Below are positions 19,006 to 28,764 of a stretch of 64,000 nt of DNA, piece by piece. The notes beneath the pieces are model-generated. The model saw only the letters and a list, made by a program, of their open reading frames with translations. It was not told the DNA's origin and did not search any database. The stretch is taken from the NCBI GenBank assembly GCA_025059535.1, contig JANXCX010000019.1:68363-132362 (forward strand), in the 5' to 3' direction. The position numbers and the translations under genes were made by a program. The stretch's first letter is position 1. Every line of letters begins with the position of its first letter. The DNA comes from Bacteroidia bacterium. GTDB taxonomy: Bacteria > Bacteroidota > Bacteroidia > SpSt-205.

Positions 19006-20355
19006 CTACCCTTCTACCCAAGCGAGAAGCGCATATAGCTGAACAACTTCCAGGCCGTAACGGGCATACAGATCGTATAAAGCGCTCATTGCAGCAAAGG
19101 CTTCACGCTCGCGCCGATTGACTACAAATAGATCACTCTCGCCCGCCTGATAGCGCACAAGTTCCAGCTCTACTAGTTCCCATAGCCCACTTACTAAGCT
19201 GCGCTGCAGCTCAATCTGCCGATTGAGTGAGTCAATAAGGCCTATCTGCCCTAAGGCTTTATTATAGAGAGAGCGGGCTTCAAACTCCTGCTCGGCCAGG
19301 ATCTGCTGAATTTGAAGCTGTGTCATGGCAAGCTCAGCCCGCGTACGCCGCAAGTAAAGCGGCATGGCAAAGGTAAGGCCAAATTTATATCCGCTTTGAA
19401 CGCTTTGAAATGAAAGGTTTCGCCAACTAAACGCATCTCTAAGCCAGAGATACTCTAATTGGAGCTGGGGGCGCAGTTGCTCCATAGCCCAGCGGCGGTG
19501 AATCTGCCTTTCCTGTTTTTTGAGCGCATAGAGGCGCAGTTTAGGATGGTTTGCTATGAGGTCCTGCCAGATTGCGTGGGGAATCGCAGGCACAGTACTG
19601 TCTGGGCGATAGCGGCGCGAAAAGTTATCCCCTACATTCGAAGTGTCCCAGAGGTGCCTTTGCACCGCTAAAGCCTTGCGTTCCAGATCGGCCTGAGCGC
19701 CTAAAAGGGCTTGCTGGCGCGCTTGCACCTCTACCCATCCTTCCAGGGTATCTGCCCGCGTCGCTTCCCCTTTAGCAAAAGCCACCCGCAGAAAATTCAA
19801 ACGCGCCCAAGCTACTTGAAGCTGTTGGGAAAGTACTTGTACCTTGTAATACGCGGCAAACCAGTCCCAGTAATCCCGGCCTATCTCTAAAAGCAGTTCG
19901 GCCAGGGCTAGCCGGCGCTCTTCCACCGCCATGCGCGCATAAACCTGGGCCTTCTGAATAGCGGCGCGCCGGTAGTCTAAAAAAAGTCCCTGCCCCAGTA
20001 GGGGTATGCTTATACCAAACCCCACAAACCCACTTGCGGGAGTAACGTCTTCGGGATTGAGGGAAAAGCCGCCAGTTTGTTCATACACGCCCTTTAGGTC
20101 AATCCCATTCCACACGGGTATTTTGAGGTCAGCGCTAAAAAGCGCATAGTACAACTGACGCTTGTATAGCTTCTCCGTGAAACTAGCCTGCAGAGTGGGA
20201 TCCCATACACCTTTAGCGGCGGTGGCCTCCCACTGAGCTATGAGGGGAGTGAGCCCTATAGCTCGGGCTAGTGGATGATGAGAAAGAACTCTCTTGTAAA
20301 GCTCAGCTAAAGAAAGGCACACCTGAGCATATATGGGTAGGAGTAAAATCTTCAT
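19006..20355 (-). CDS. TolC-family outer-membrane efflux protein
   Basis: 449 aa. Signal peptide, and two repeated coiled-coil/beta modules typical of the OEP family. The start overlaps the HlyD stop. Confidence 0.75.
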   Translation of the reverse strand: MKILLLPIYAQVCLSLAELYKRVLSHHPLARAIGLTPLIAQWEATAAKGVWDPTLQASFTEKLYKRQLYYALFSADLKIPVWNGIDLKGVYEQTGGFSLNPEDVTPASGFVGFGISIPLLGQGLFLDYRRAAIQKAQVYARMAVEERRLALAELLLEIGRDYWDWFAAYYKVQVLSQQLQVAWARLNFLRVAFAKGEATRADTLEGWVEVQARQQALLGAQADLERKALAVQRHLWDTSNVGDNFSRRYRPDSTVPAIPHAIWQDLIANHPKLRLYALKKQERQIHRRWAMEQLRPQLQLEYLWLRDAFSWRNLSFQSVQSGYKFGLTFAMPLYLRRTRAELAMTQLQIQQILAEQEFEARSLYNKALGQIGLIDSLNRQIELQRSLVSGLWELVELELVRYQAGESDLFVVNRREREAFAAMSALYDLYARYGLEVVQLYALLAWVEG

Positions 20356-21710
20356 TTAGACTTTTGGGCAGTGGATTGATAGAATTGCGGATATAAGTCA
20401 GGGGGGAAGCCGTTTATTTGTCGCCAGATTTCATACCAGATAGGTACATCATTGAGCAGGAACCATCCGCGCACACCGCCCCCGAGGCGTAAGTAGGGGG
20501 TAGGCCAAGACTTATCGGCAGGGTCCGGCGCTACAAGCACACGAAAAAGCCCCGTACCTGTATCCACATAATCCACCGTAGAAACGATGCCGCCAAAGGT
20601 GCCAAAGCTCAAGCGCGGCCAGCCAGAAAATACAAAAGCCGGCCAACCGTCAAATTGCAGACGCACCGACGTTCCCGCCTTGAGTAGGGCTACATCCATA
20701 GGGCGCACGAAGAGCTCCACGGCCAAACTGTAGGCCCGCGGCATAAATACAGCTAGGGGTTCCCCCTCTTTGATGATTTCCCCTATGCCAGTCTTAATTG
20801 CCCGCACTACGTAGCCATCCTGTGGGGCCACTACCGCATAAAACCTACTGCGCACCTCTATGTTAGCCACCTCATTGCGCATTTTTGCAATGGCGGCGCG
20901 TAGGTCATATATATAGGCCTCGGTGCTGCGCAATTCGGATTCTACCTTAGCTATCTTTTCCGCATATTCCGCACGTAGGACGCTGATTTGGAGTTGGGCA
21001 TTCTCTTTATCGGCTAAGGCGGCCTTCCAGCGATTTTGGGCGGCTGTGAGCTTAGCTTCGGCCTCTTGGAAGCGCATCTGACGAACCTGAAGCTCCGTAA
21101 GCGAGCGAAGGCCACGGGCATATAGACTTTCTTGACGGGCGTATTGGTCTTTGGCCAGGCGGTACTCCAGTAAGGCCGCGGCGTAAGCCGCACTATCGGC
21201 TTGGTAGCGCAGTACAGCCTGTAAAAAGGCATTCTGGGCCCGCGCTAGGCTCGCTTCCCTGGCCTCTTCAAGGGCCGCCCTCTGCTGCTGTAGGGCCTCC
21301 AGCTTCCGCTCCTGAGCCTGGAGCGTCCCGATCTTTGCTTCCAACTGCTCGCGCAGACGCACTAGAAGCGCCGGATCTAAGTAGGAGTCCTTGATTTCCC
21401 CCAGCAAAATCAGGGTGTCGCCCGTTTTTACCAGCTGACCCTCCTTGACATACCACCGCACGATCCGCCCAGGGATAAATGCATGGAGCGTCTGGGGACG
21501 CACGTCGGGCGAAAAGGAAGTTACGCGTCCTGTGGCCGCTATGTTTTGCGTCCATGGAGCAAAAAGAAAGGCCAAAAATATTCCCGCAATTATGCCTAAT
21601 ATCCGCAGACCGCGGCGCACCCAAATCGGCGGCTCTACCACGCGCGCTATAGAATAGCCTACTTCATCCATGCGGTCGGTGAGGAACTCTTCCCCCAGGC
21701 GCAGCTTCAT
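20352..21710 (-). CDS. HlyD-family membrane fusion/secretion protein
   Basis: 452 aa. N-terminal transmembrane helix, long coiled-coil hairpin, and C-terminal beta-domain (HlyD_3-like). A 4-nt overlap with the ABC gene. Confidence 0.8.
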   Translation of the reverse strand: MKLRLGEEFLTDRMDEVGYSIARVVEPPIWVRRGLRILGIIAGIFLAFLFAPWTQNIAATGRVTSFSPDVRPQTLHAFIPGRIVRWYVKEGQLVKTGDTLILLGEIKDSYLDPALLVRLREQLEAKIGTLQAQERKLEALQQQRAALEEAREASLARAQNAFLQAVLRYQADSAAYAAALLEYRLAKDQYARQESLYARGLRSLTELQVRQMRFQEAEAKLTAAQNRWKAALADKENAQLQISVLRAEYAEKIAKVESELRSTEAYIYDLRAAIAKMRNEVANIEVRSRFYAVVAPQDGYVVRAIKTGIGEIIKEGEPLAVFMPRAYSLAVELFVRPMDVALLKAGTSVRLQFDGWPAFVFSGWPRLSFGTFGGIVSTVDYVDTGTGLFRVLVAPDPADKSWPTPYLRLGGGVRGWFLLNDVPIWYEIWRQINGFPPDLYPQFYQSTAQKSK

Positions 21711-23830
21711 TCGCGAAAGAAGGGATTATAGGCTTGCACTAAAGGCAGAACCTCCTTATACCCACCTACATGCCTTATCTCGCCCTCTTGGAGAAGTATT
21801 ATGCGGTCGCACAGCTGCATCACGCGCGGATCTTGGGAAACCACCAGAGCAGTATAGGGCATAGTAGGCGAAAGAATGTATTCATAGATGGGGCCTTTGA
21901 CGGGCCAGTCCACCGTCGCAAAGAGGTCATCCACAAAAAGTAGGGCCGGGTGCATAAGCAGGGCACGCGCCAAAATAAGGCGACGCTGGTCTAAACCGCT
22001 GAGCACCCCGCGGCCGCGCGGCGGCAGAGGGGTGAAAAATCCTTGCGGCAAGCGCTCAATTACCTCTTTCAGACCTAACCGCTCGCATACCCGCATCACC
22101 TCGTCCCAACTTAGGTCACGTGCCCCTAAGGTGAGATTCTCCCACACTGTGGCCTCCACAATCTCCTCTACATCTAGGGCATCACCTATGCGAGCCCGAA
22201 GCGCTACGAGATTGAGATGGCGCAGGTTCATGCCCTCTATATATACCTCGCCCCGATAGTCGGGATAAAGCCCATAGAGAACATAGAGTAGGCTAGTTTT
22301 ACCGCTGCCAGAAGGTCCTGTAAGACACACTTTTTCGCCGGCTTCTACCTCTAAGCAGATATTACGTAGGATAGGCTGTACTTGACCATTCCCGCGAGAC
22401 TGAAATACCACTAGATTCTGGAGGGTTACCTGATAGGCTGGTTTAGGCGGCGGTTGCAGGCCTATAGTTTTCTCCTGCGGCTGGGTAAAAAGCTGGCTCA
22501 ATTTATCCATCCCTACAAAGGCATCATATAACGCATCCAGCTGGCCTACGAGATCTTGGACGGCATTTAGGATAATTACCAGCACGACCTCCGAGGCTAC
22601 AAAGGCGCCGAGGCTGAGACGCTGGTCTTCCGTCACCAGCCAGGCGCCTACCCCAATCATGAGGGCCGCTAGGCTAATCTGGTAGAAGTAAAGCAGCCCC
22701 TTTTGCCAAAGAAGGGCCCGAAAGTACTGCTCACGCGCCCGCAGATACCGCTCTTCTAGGTCTTGAGTGCGCCGATACAGAATAGGCGGAAATCCCGCTA
22801 CCTTGAAGGTAAGCAGACTTCGAGCGATCTCCTCTAACCAGCTTGCCATCCGATATTTCTCATCGGAGACCGCCTTCTTTTTCTTATAGGCTGGCCAGAA
22901 ACTATAGTACAGAAGTAGCCCTACTATGACCGTCAGGAGTACAGCCGAAATCGCCAGTATATACCCTTTAGAAAAAAACACATACAAGAAAAATAGGGCC
23001 AAGCCAAATACTATAGTAACAATATCGGCTGGTATGTTGATAAGAAGCTTAGCGATATTCTTTTCAAGGGTGAAAATTTCAAAATAGCGATTGACAAGGC
23101 CGGGTAAATTCTCACGCACCACAGCTGGGAAAAACCAGCGCGGCACATGATGCACAATCTCTAAAGTAGAATGCAAAAATAGGCGGCGCTGAAGGTTCTC
23201 CATAAGCACATATTGACCCAGCCGTACAAAAGCCCCTACAATTAGGATAAGAATAGCCAAAACAATCATGGTAGCAAGTCCGGAAACTTGCTGAAGCGTC
23301 TGGACATAGCTAAAGATGGCCTGAATTACTAAAGGCACGAGGAGCAAAGCTCCCCCTGAAACTATCGCATATAGGTAGATATATGCTACCAGCTGCCGTT
23401 CAGCGGAGAAGAATTGAAATAAGCGGCTCCAAGGTTTAGTTGCCTGGGTAACGAAAGGGGAAGCAAAAAAACCACGCGGTACAATCAGATAGGCCAAAAG
23501 ATTTTCGCCGATTCCTTGTTGCATAAGCTCGGAGGGAGTAAAAGTGCCCAGCAGGTTATCATCCTGCCAGAACTCCCATTTATTATCCGCTGTGGGCAGA
23601 GCTAAGTAGAAGCGCTTCCAATCTCGTTGAACTAAGAGAAAAGGCACGCGCCGGCGCCGAAGATAGCGAGCCAAACTTTGGCGCGAGAAAGGATAAGTAA
23701 GGGCCACCAGATTAGCCTCAGCCAGCCATTCTTGAAGGGTATCAAAAGAATTAGGCCACCTATCCTCATATACGGTAAGGACCAGCTCCTGATCATAAAA
23801 GTCCGCTAGTTCCTGAAGGTAAACCTGCAC
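21707..23830 (-). CDS. ABC exporter with an N-terminal C39-like domain lacking cysteine, and a degenerate NBD
   Basis: 707 aa. N-terminal ~130 aa peptidase-C39-like fold with no Cys. Six-helix transmembrane domain. Walker A GPSGSGKTS is intact, but the signature reads LSGLDQRR (not LSGGQ), Walker B reads LLFVDD (DE to DD), the H-loop reads VVSQD (H to Q), and the Q-loop Gln is absent (IGDALD). Confidence 0.8.
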   Translation of the reverse strand: MQVYLQELADFYDQELVLTVYEDRWPNSFDTLQEWLAEANLVALTYPFSRQSLARYLRRRRVPFLLVQRDWKRFYLALPTADNKWEFWQDDNLLGTFTPSELMQQGIGENLLAYLIVPRGFFASPFVTQATKPWSRLFQFFSAERQLVAYIYLYAIVSGGALLLVPLVIQAIFSYVQTLQQVSGLATMIVLAILILIVGAFVRLGQYVLMENLQRRLFLHSTLEIVHHVPRWFFPAVVRENLPGLVNRYFEIFTLEKNIAKLLINIPADIVTIVFGLALFFLYVFFSKGYILAISAVLLTVIVGLLLYYSFWPAYKKKKAVSDEKYRMASWLEEIARSLLTFKVAGFPPILYRRTQDLEERYLRAREQYFRALLWQKGLLYFYQISLAALMIGVGAWLVTEDQRLSLGAFVASEVVLVIILNAVQDLVGQLDALYDAFVGMDKLSQLFTQPQEKTIGLQPPPKPAYQVTLQNLVVFQSRGNGQVQPILRNICLEVEAGEKVCLTGPSGSGKTSLLYVLYGLYPDYRGEVYIEGMNLRHLNLVALRARIGDALDVEEIVEATVWENLTLGARDLSWDEVMRVCERLGLKEVIERLPQGFFTPLPPRGRGVLSGLDQRRLILARALLMHPALLFVDDLFATVDWPVKGPIYEYILSPTMPYTALVVSQDPRVMQLCDRIILLQEGEIRHVGGYKEVLPLVQAYNPFFRE

Positions 23831-23833
23831 GTG

Positions 23834-25264
23834 CTAGCTGAGTTTCTCTGTAAGAAGTCGTTGAACTTCCTGAGGATCGGCTTTGCCACCCGACCGACGC
23901 ATCACCTGCCCTACAAAAAAGCCTAGAAGCCCTTTTTTGCCCTTGCGGTAGGTTTCGACTTTATCTGGATTTTCCGCTAATACTTCCCCTATCCAGCGCT
24001 CCAAGGTGGCGTGATCCTGAAGAAGGATAAGATCCTTCTCTTGCGCTAGAGCAAGCGGATCGGCCTGAGGGTCGTGGATGAGGGCAGGAAAAAGCACCTC
24101 ACGCGCCATAGTAAAGCTTACTAGGCGCCGCTCCACAAGGTCTATAAGACGCGCCAGCCGCGCCGGGGGCACAGGGAAAGCGCTCATTTCCAAAGCCTGG
24201 GCATTGAGATAGGCTCGTATGGGCCCATTAAGCCAGACGGCTGCCACTTTCGGTGAAATACCCTCACCTAAGAGTCCCTGAAAATACTCCACATAGGGCC
24301 TGTCCTCCGTAATAAGGGTAGCCTCTTCCACGGAAAGCCCATAGGCTTCCGTAAGCCGATCAAAAAGCTCTTCGGGAAGCTCTGGCAGGCTCGCTCTGAG
24401 GTTTTGCAGCCAAGCCTCCGAAATCCGAATAGGTGGTAGGTCTGGCTCAGGGAAATAGCGGTAATCCTCTGCCGTCTCCTTTTCGCGCAAGGGTAGGGTC
24501 TGGCTCCCATCCCAAGTGCGCGTTTCGCGTTTTACCTCCTGGCCAGCCTCCAAAAGGGCTACCTGCCGCTGAAACTCATACTCCAAAGCCTTGCCCAAAG
24601 CGGTAATGGAGTTTAGGTTTTTGATTTCTACCCGCGTACCCAAGCTTTCTTGACCCACTGGCCGAACGGAGATGTTGGCATCACACCGCAGGCTTCCTTC
24701 CTCCATGTTTCCATCGCAGATCCCCAAAAAGCGAACAAGGCGGCGCAAATGGCTCAAGTAGGCCATGGCCTCTTGGGGCGTACGCAGGTCAGGCGCACTT
24801 ACAATCTCTACTAGCCCTATGCCCGCACGATTGAAGTCCAGAAGGGTATCAAACGGGTCTTGGTCATGCAGGCTCTTACCCGTATCTTCTTCCAATTGCA
24901 GCCGTTCAATCCCCACACGGCGCCGACTACCATCAGGTAGCCGAATCCATACCTCCCCACCATACGCAATCGGAGCAGCCTCTTGGGTAATTTGATAACC
25001 CTTTGGAAGGTCTGGATAAAAATAATTTTTGCGAGAAAAGAAGAACTCCTTAGCGATAGTGCAGCGCAGAGCAAGTCCCAGGCGCACCACCGCCTCAATA
25101 CAGGCGCGATTTACTACGGGTAAAGTACCGGGATAGCCTAAGGAGATCCACGAGACGAACTGATTTGGGGGAGCACCGAAAGTAACAGCTTCGGGCGCAA
25201 ATACCTTGGCTTCGGTCTGGAGCTGCGCATGCACCTCCAGCCCTACTACCATCTCATAGCCCAT
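23834..25264 (-). CDS. gatB: Asp-tRNA(Asn)/Glu-tRNA(Gln) amidotransferase subunit B
   Basis: 476 aa. MGYEMVVGLEVHAQL start, GatB/YqeY C-terminal domain. Confidence 0.9.
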   Translation of the reverse strand: MGYEMVVGLEVHAQLQTEAKVFAPEAVTFGAPPNQFVSWISLGYPGTLPVVNRACIEAVVRLGLALRCTIAKEFFFSRKNYFYPDLPKGYQITQEAAPIAYGGEVWIRLPDGSRRRVGIERLQLEEDTGKSLHDQDPFDTLLDFNRAGIGLVEIVSAPDLRTPQEAMAYLSHLRRLVRFLGICDGNMEEGSLRCDANISVRPVGQESLGTRVEIKNLNSITALGKALEYEFQRQVALLEAGQEVKRETRTWDGSQTLPLREKETAEDYRYFPEPDLPPIRISEAWLQNLRASLPELPEELFDRLTEAYGLSVEEATLITEDRPYVEYFQGLLGEGISPKVAAVWLNGPIRAYLNAQALEMSAFPVPPARLARLIDLVERRLVSFTMAREVLFPALIHDPQADPLALAQEKDLILLQDHATLERWIGEVLAENPDKVETYRKGKKGLLGFFVGQVMRRSGGKADPQEVQRLLTEKLS

Positions 25265-25285
25265 GCAGCAAAGATAAAAAGGGCG

Positions 25286-27448
25286 CTACAAGAAAGGAAA
25301 GCGCCGGCGACGGTAGCGTACCCGAACTTTGAGTTCAGCTCCTGGGGCTAGGTGCACTTGGCCCTCTGGTTCAACTTCTATGCGTCCTTCGCCCGTCAGC
25401 GAAGCCCCAGGCAGCAGTTCTAAGCGACTTCCGCGTCGCAGGATGATTCGGCCACGGCGTCGCAGTACTACACGCGCATGGGGCTCCACTTGAAGCACGG
25501 TAGTATCACTATACCAGTGCCGCTTCTCCAGCGAGTCGTAGCCCCGACTCACCCCATACACAGGACTGGCGCTGCGATCTAAAAGCACCCAACTGCTTAT
25601 ATCCAGCGCAGGGGCAAGCGAGTCAAAGGGATTGGGGCTTACGACGATGGTACCGCACCAACGCACTGGCCGACGCACCTGGAAGTGATCCCACCCTACC
25701 TCTACCAGTAGAGCGCCATCTGAGCGTTCGGCTAAAATCCGAATATATAGTCCGCTTAGCCAAATGCGCCTATTATCATAAGGGGCTGGCTGTGCGTAGG
25801 TAGGGCCTCGGTAGCCCTCGGCTGAAATTAGCGTATATACTGGCACGGGGGCGGGATTAGTCTCTAAGCTCAGCTCGGTCTGCGTACGAAAGCCGAACCC
25901 ATCTTCCCTATCTCCCATATTATACCAGGAGACGCAGGCGGAGTCGCCTTTCCACTCTAAGTACCACAAACCCTCGCTTTCGCCTATAGGTGCCACTTTG
26001 CCGTCCCCATTCGCATCCACGGCCAGGTACATGTCATTCATACCCGTGAAGGGATTAGGCAGGCTGGCGGATTTATCTAGGGCTAGGCCCTTGGGAGTGG
26101 AGCGAAACGCAAAGTCGTAATTCCCTTCCGCCGTTACGGTAAAAAGCCAACTACCGAGGCCGTTAGGATGCGCGGGATTGTCCGTATAGAGGAAGGGGTC
26201 TTCTTTTCTATCTTTACCTACTTGGATGTAGGCGTAGAGGGCGGGCCACCCGCGCAAGGGGGGTGGGGGCTTATCCTCACAATTCCCCCCTAAAAAAGGC
26301 GCCCATACCTCCGACGAAGCGATGAAGCGACGATTTTCGAGCCAGAGGTACTGGTTTTTTACCTCTGCCCCGCCTTTTTCGGTGTAGGGCAGGCGGATTC
26401 GCACCACATCGCCCGTGGTCATAAAGTCCCGTAGCCAGAAGCGCTGTTTTATTGGTTTAGGGGGTAGGTAGAGATCGGTGGGCACCTCGCGCCCTTCTTC
26501 ATTCAAGGCACTGATGAGGTAGGTTTTGTCTGGGGCTTTCCAGCCCATGAGCCAGCGGTCGTACCCTACTGCGTACATGGGCCGAATGCCCTGCACACTC
26601 AGGCTCCGCACAATGGGGAGGAAAGGAAAAGTATGGTAGCCTGCCCCGCCGCCCGTGTGCCAGTGATTGCCCCCATAAAGACCATGGAAAAATTCCTCCA
26701 AAAAGCCTAAGCTGGCGCCGCTGGCCGTAGCACAAGAGGTGAAGGAAGAAGCCGTTTCCACCCCGCCTGTGAATGGACCAAAGGGGGTAGTTAGGTCGCA
26801 GCTCCAAAGCCCAAAGCCATAATAGCAAGGAAAAGGCGGCCGTTGAATATCCAGGCGCTGGGCTAAATTTCGCCAAACGATGAATAGGACATCTAAGCGG
26901 GGCTTATAGTCGGGGGGAAAGGGGGTAGGTGTGCGCGGTTTGGGGAGGCCAGCCCGTTGAGGTAGAAGCTGCCATCGGTCAAAATAGGTCCATGGCACCC
27001 CCCGAGCGGTACGGAAGGGCCGCTGGCCCCAGGCCTCCACCACTAGCCCTACTTCTTGCGTCAGGCTATAGCTGCCGCCCAAGAGGCGCGTGCAAGGCAC
27101 CCGTACCACCTCGGGTAGATAATCGCCCAAGACCATAAATTGTCCAAATGAGGCTTCCGCATACGTACGTGTGATGCCGCCTTGCAGGCTCCGCCCTCTC
27201 TCTACGAAGGCGTCTAGCATAAGGGGGGCATCGTCGGGCACGCGCGTGCGTCCCAAAGAGTCGGTGGGCCAGCTCCGCCCATATTGGGCCTCATAGGGGT
27301 CCGCCCCACAGGCCGTATAATCCACCTCAGCAAAAACTACTAATACGTATATCGTGTCGTGGGTAGGCAGAAGGAAGCCCTCCTCCGTGCGGTACTGAGC
27401 GTAAAGTACGGAGAAAAGTCCACCCGCAACTACCAGCCATCGCCTCAT
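25286..27448 (-). CDS. Large secreted hypothetical protein
   Basis: 720 aa. Signal peptide MRRWLVVAGGLFSVLYAQ. Trp/Gly/Pro-rich, Arg-rich C-terminus. No catalytic motif recognised. A 1-nt start overlap with the upstream gene. Confidence 0.5.
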   Translation of the reverse strand: MRRWLVVAGGLFSVLYAQYRTEEGFLLPTHDTIYVLVVFAEVDYTACGADPYEAQYGRSWPTDSLGRTRVPDDAPLMLDAFVERGRSLQGGITRTYAEASFGQFMVLGDYLPEVVRVPCTRLLGGSYSLTQEVGLVVEAWGQRPFRTARGVPWTYFDRWQLLPQRAGLPKPRTPTPFPPDYKPRLDVLFIVWRNLAQRLDIQRPPFPCYYGFGLWSCDLTTPFGPFTGGVETASSFTSCATASGASLGFLEEFFHGLYGGNHWHTGGGAGYHTFPFLPIVRSLSVQGIRPMYAVGYDRWLMGWKAPDKTYLISALNEEGREVPTDLYLPPKPIKQRFWLRDFMTTGDVVRIRLPYTEKGGAEVKNQYLWLENRRFIASSEVWAPFLGGNCEDKPPPPLRGWPALYAYIQVGKDRKEDPFLYTDNPAHPNGLGSWLFTVTAEGNYDFAFRSTPKGLALDKSASLPNPFTGMNDMYLAVDANGDGKVAPIGESEGLWYLEWKGDSACVSWYNMGDREDGFGFRTQTELSLETNPAPVPVYTLISAEGYRGPTYAQPAPYDNRRIWLSGLYIRILAERSDGALLVEVGWDHFQVRRPVRWCGTIVVSPNPFDSLAPALDISSWVLLDRSASPVYGVSRGYDSLEKRHWYSDTTVLQVEPHARVVLRRRGRIILRRGSRLELLPGASLTGEGRIEVEPEGQVHLAPGAELKVRVRYRRRRFPFL

Positions 27449-28689
27449 CAGCGTCCGCTAACCTCTTGAATATAGCGAGCAAGCTCTTGCTGGCTATACG
27501 CCGTAGTAAAAACCTGATTCACAATAAAATAGTTCTGGGGATCGCAGCAGCGCGCGTAGGCGGTTTTGGCAAAGGTAAGCCGACTCTCTTCCGTTGCGAA
27601 AACTTGGCATACTTCGCGTACCTGTTGAGCAGAGAGGCAATTGGTCGCACTTACCTGACGAGCTATATCCAGACGTGCGGCTTCGGTAGAAGCTTGGCGC
27701 AAAGTTTGAAGGGCCTGGGCAAAGGCTGAAGCGCCCATACAAGGCACGCAGGTCCTAGAAGCAGGCGCCGGTGGAGAAGGCGTGGTCGGACAGCTATACT
27801 TTGCAGACCGACTTTGGACATACTGAGCCAGCTCCGTCCGGCTTAGGGAAAAGCCTAGGGCATCACCTACAACCAGGTAGTTAGAAAGATCATGCGTATA
27901 GTCATAGGCGAATTTCGCCAGCTCTAATTTGGCATTTTCCAGCGTAAATAAGCCTACTAGCATCTGGACATCGGCGGCACGCAGGCAGTTTCGGCTTATC
28001 ATGGCCTTGGCCATTTGCAAACGCGTATCCTCAAAGGCTTCCCTTTGGAGGGTAGCCGCTAACCGCTGAATTTCGGTACTCGGGGTAGGCAGCGGGCAAT
28101 TACAAGGCCCGACATAGCCTGTACCCACAGGCGTAGCCGAGGGAGTGGAAGGCACCGTAGGCGCCGACGCACTCGGCGCAGGGCTATTTACCTGCGTGCC
28201 ACTACCCGTCTGCACCTGAATAGTAGGATTGAAGATAATCGTAGTATTACTTGTAGCAGTATTTCCTGAAGAAGGAGGAGAAGCGGCGGGTGAAGGGGTA
28301 GAAGGGGCCGGTGAAGGCGGAGGCGCCGAAGAGATGGGGCTTGGTGTCGGAGTGGATGGCAATTCTTCTTCTATACGATTGAATAGATTTATTACATACT
28401 TATTTTTACGCTTACTAATGGCATAATACTCCGTATAGCCCGCCTCTATATAAAAGGTCTTTTTAATCTGTATTACACGCCCTTCACTGGGATGAATGTA
28501 GAGCGTGGCGCGCTGGGGCCCTTCGGGCAGGTTGTGGGCCTCGGCCCGCGTTACAGGCCCTTCCGTAACCCACTCCCCATTTAGAAATAAGCGGAAAGGT
28601 TCGCCAGTCTCAGAAACGACTACCAACCCTCCCGTAGACTGCGCCAGCAGATAGGTCAGCCAGAGGCCGTGGATGGGTAGGATTCGCAT
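27448..28689 (-). CDS. Secreted protein with a Pro/Ser/Thr-rich linker and two tandem C-terminal repeat domains (DUF4476-like)
   Basis: Signal peptide, then STPTPSPISSAPPPSPAPSTPSPAASPPSS linker. Two ~105-aa repeats share ...NCLxAxxVxxxxxxFxxExxxLxxAKxAYxxxxDxxNYxxVxxxxxxxxxxxELAxYxQ. Confidence 0.6.
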   Translation of the reverse strand: MRILPIHGLWLTYLLAQSTGGLVVVSETGEPFRLFLNGEWVTEGPVTRAEAHNLPEGPQRATLYIHPSEGRVIQIKKTFYIEAGYTEYYAISKRKNKYVINLFNRIEEELPSTPTPSPISSAPPPSPAPSTPSPAASPPSSGNTATSNTTIIFNPTIQVQTGSGTQVNSPAPSASAPTVPSTPSATPVGTGYVGPCNCPLPTPSTEIQRLAATLQREAFEDTRLQMAKAMISRNCLRAADVQMLVGLFTLENAKLELAKFAYDYTHDLSNYLVVGDALGFSLSRTELAQYVQSRSAKYSCPTTPSPPAPASRTCVPCMGASAFAQALQTLRQASTEAARLDIARQVSATNCLSAQQVREVCQVFATEESRLTFAKTAYARCCDPQNYFIVNQVFTTAYSQQELARYIQEVSGR

Positions 28690-28764
28690 TTAGCAAAATT
28701 AGCAAGAAAAATACGGCCTCCTTTGTGCAACCTTACCCCCTACCGCTAGCGTATAAATAGTGTT

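Noticed and set aside
21014-21657. 72-, 118- and 70-aa ORFs overlapping the HlyD gene
   Set aside because: Embedded in alternative frames or antisense to a well-conserved HlyD coding sequence. Low-complexity Arg/Gly/Ala translations.
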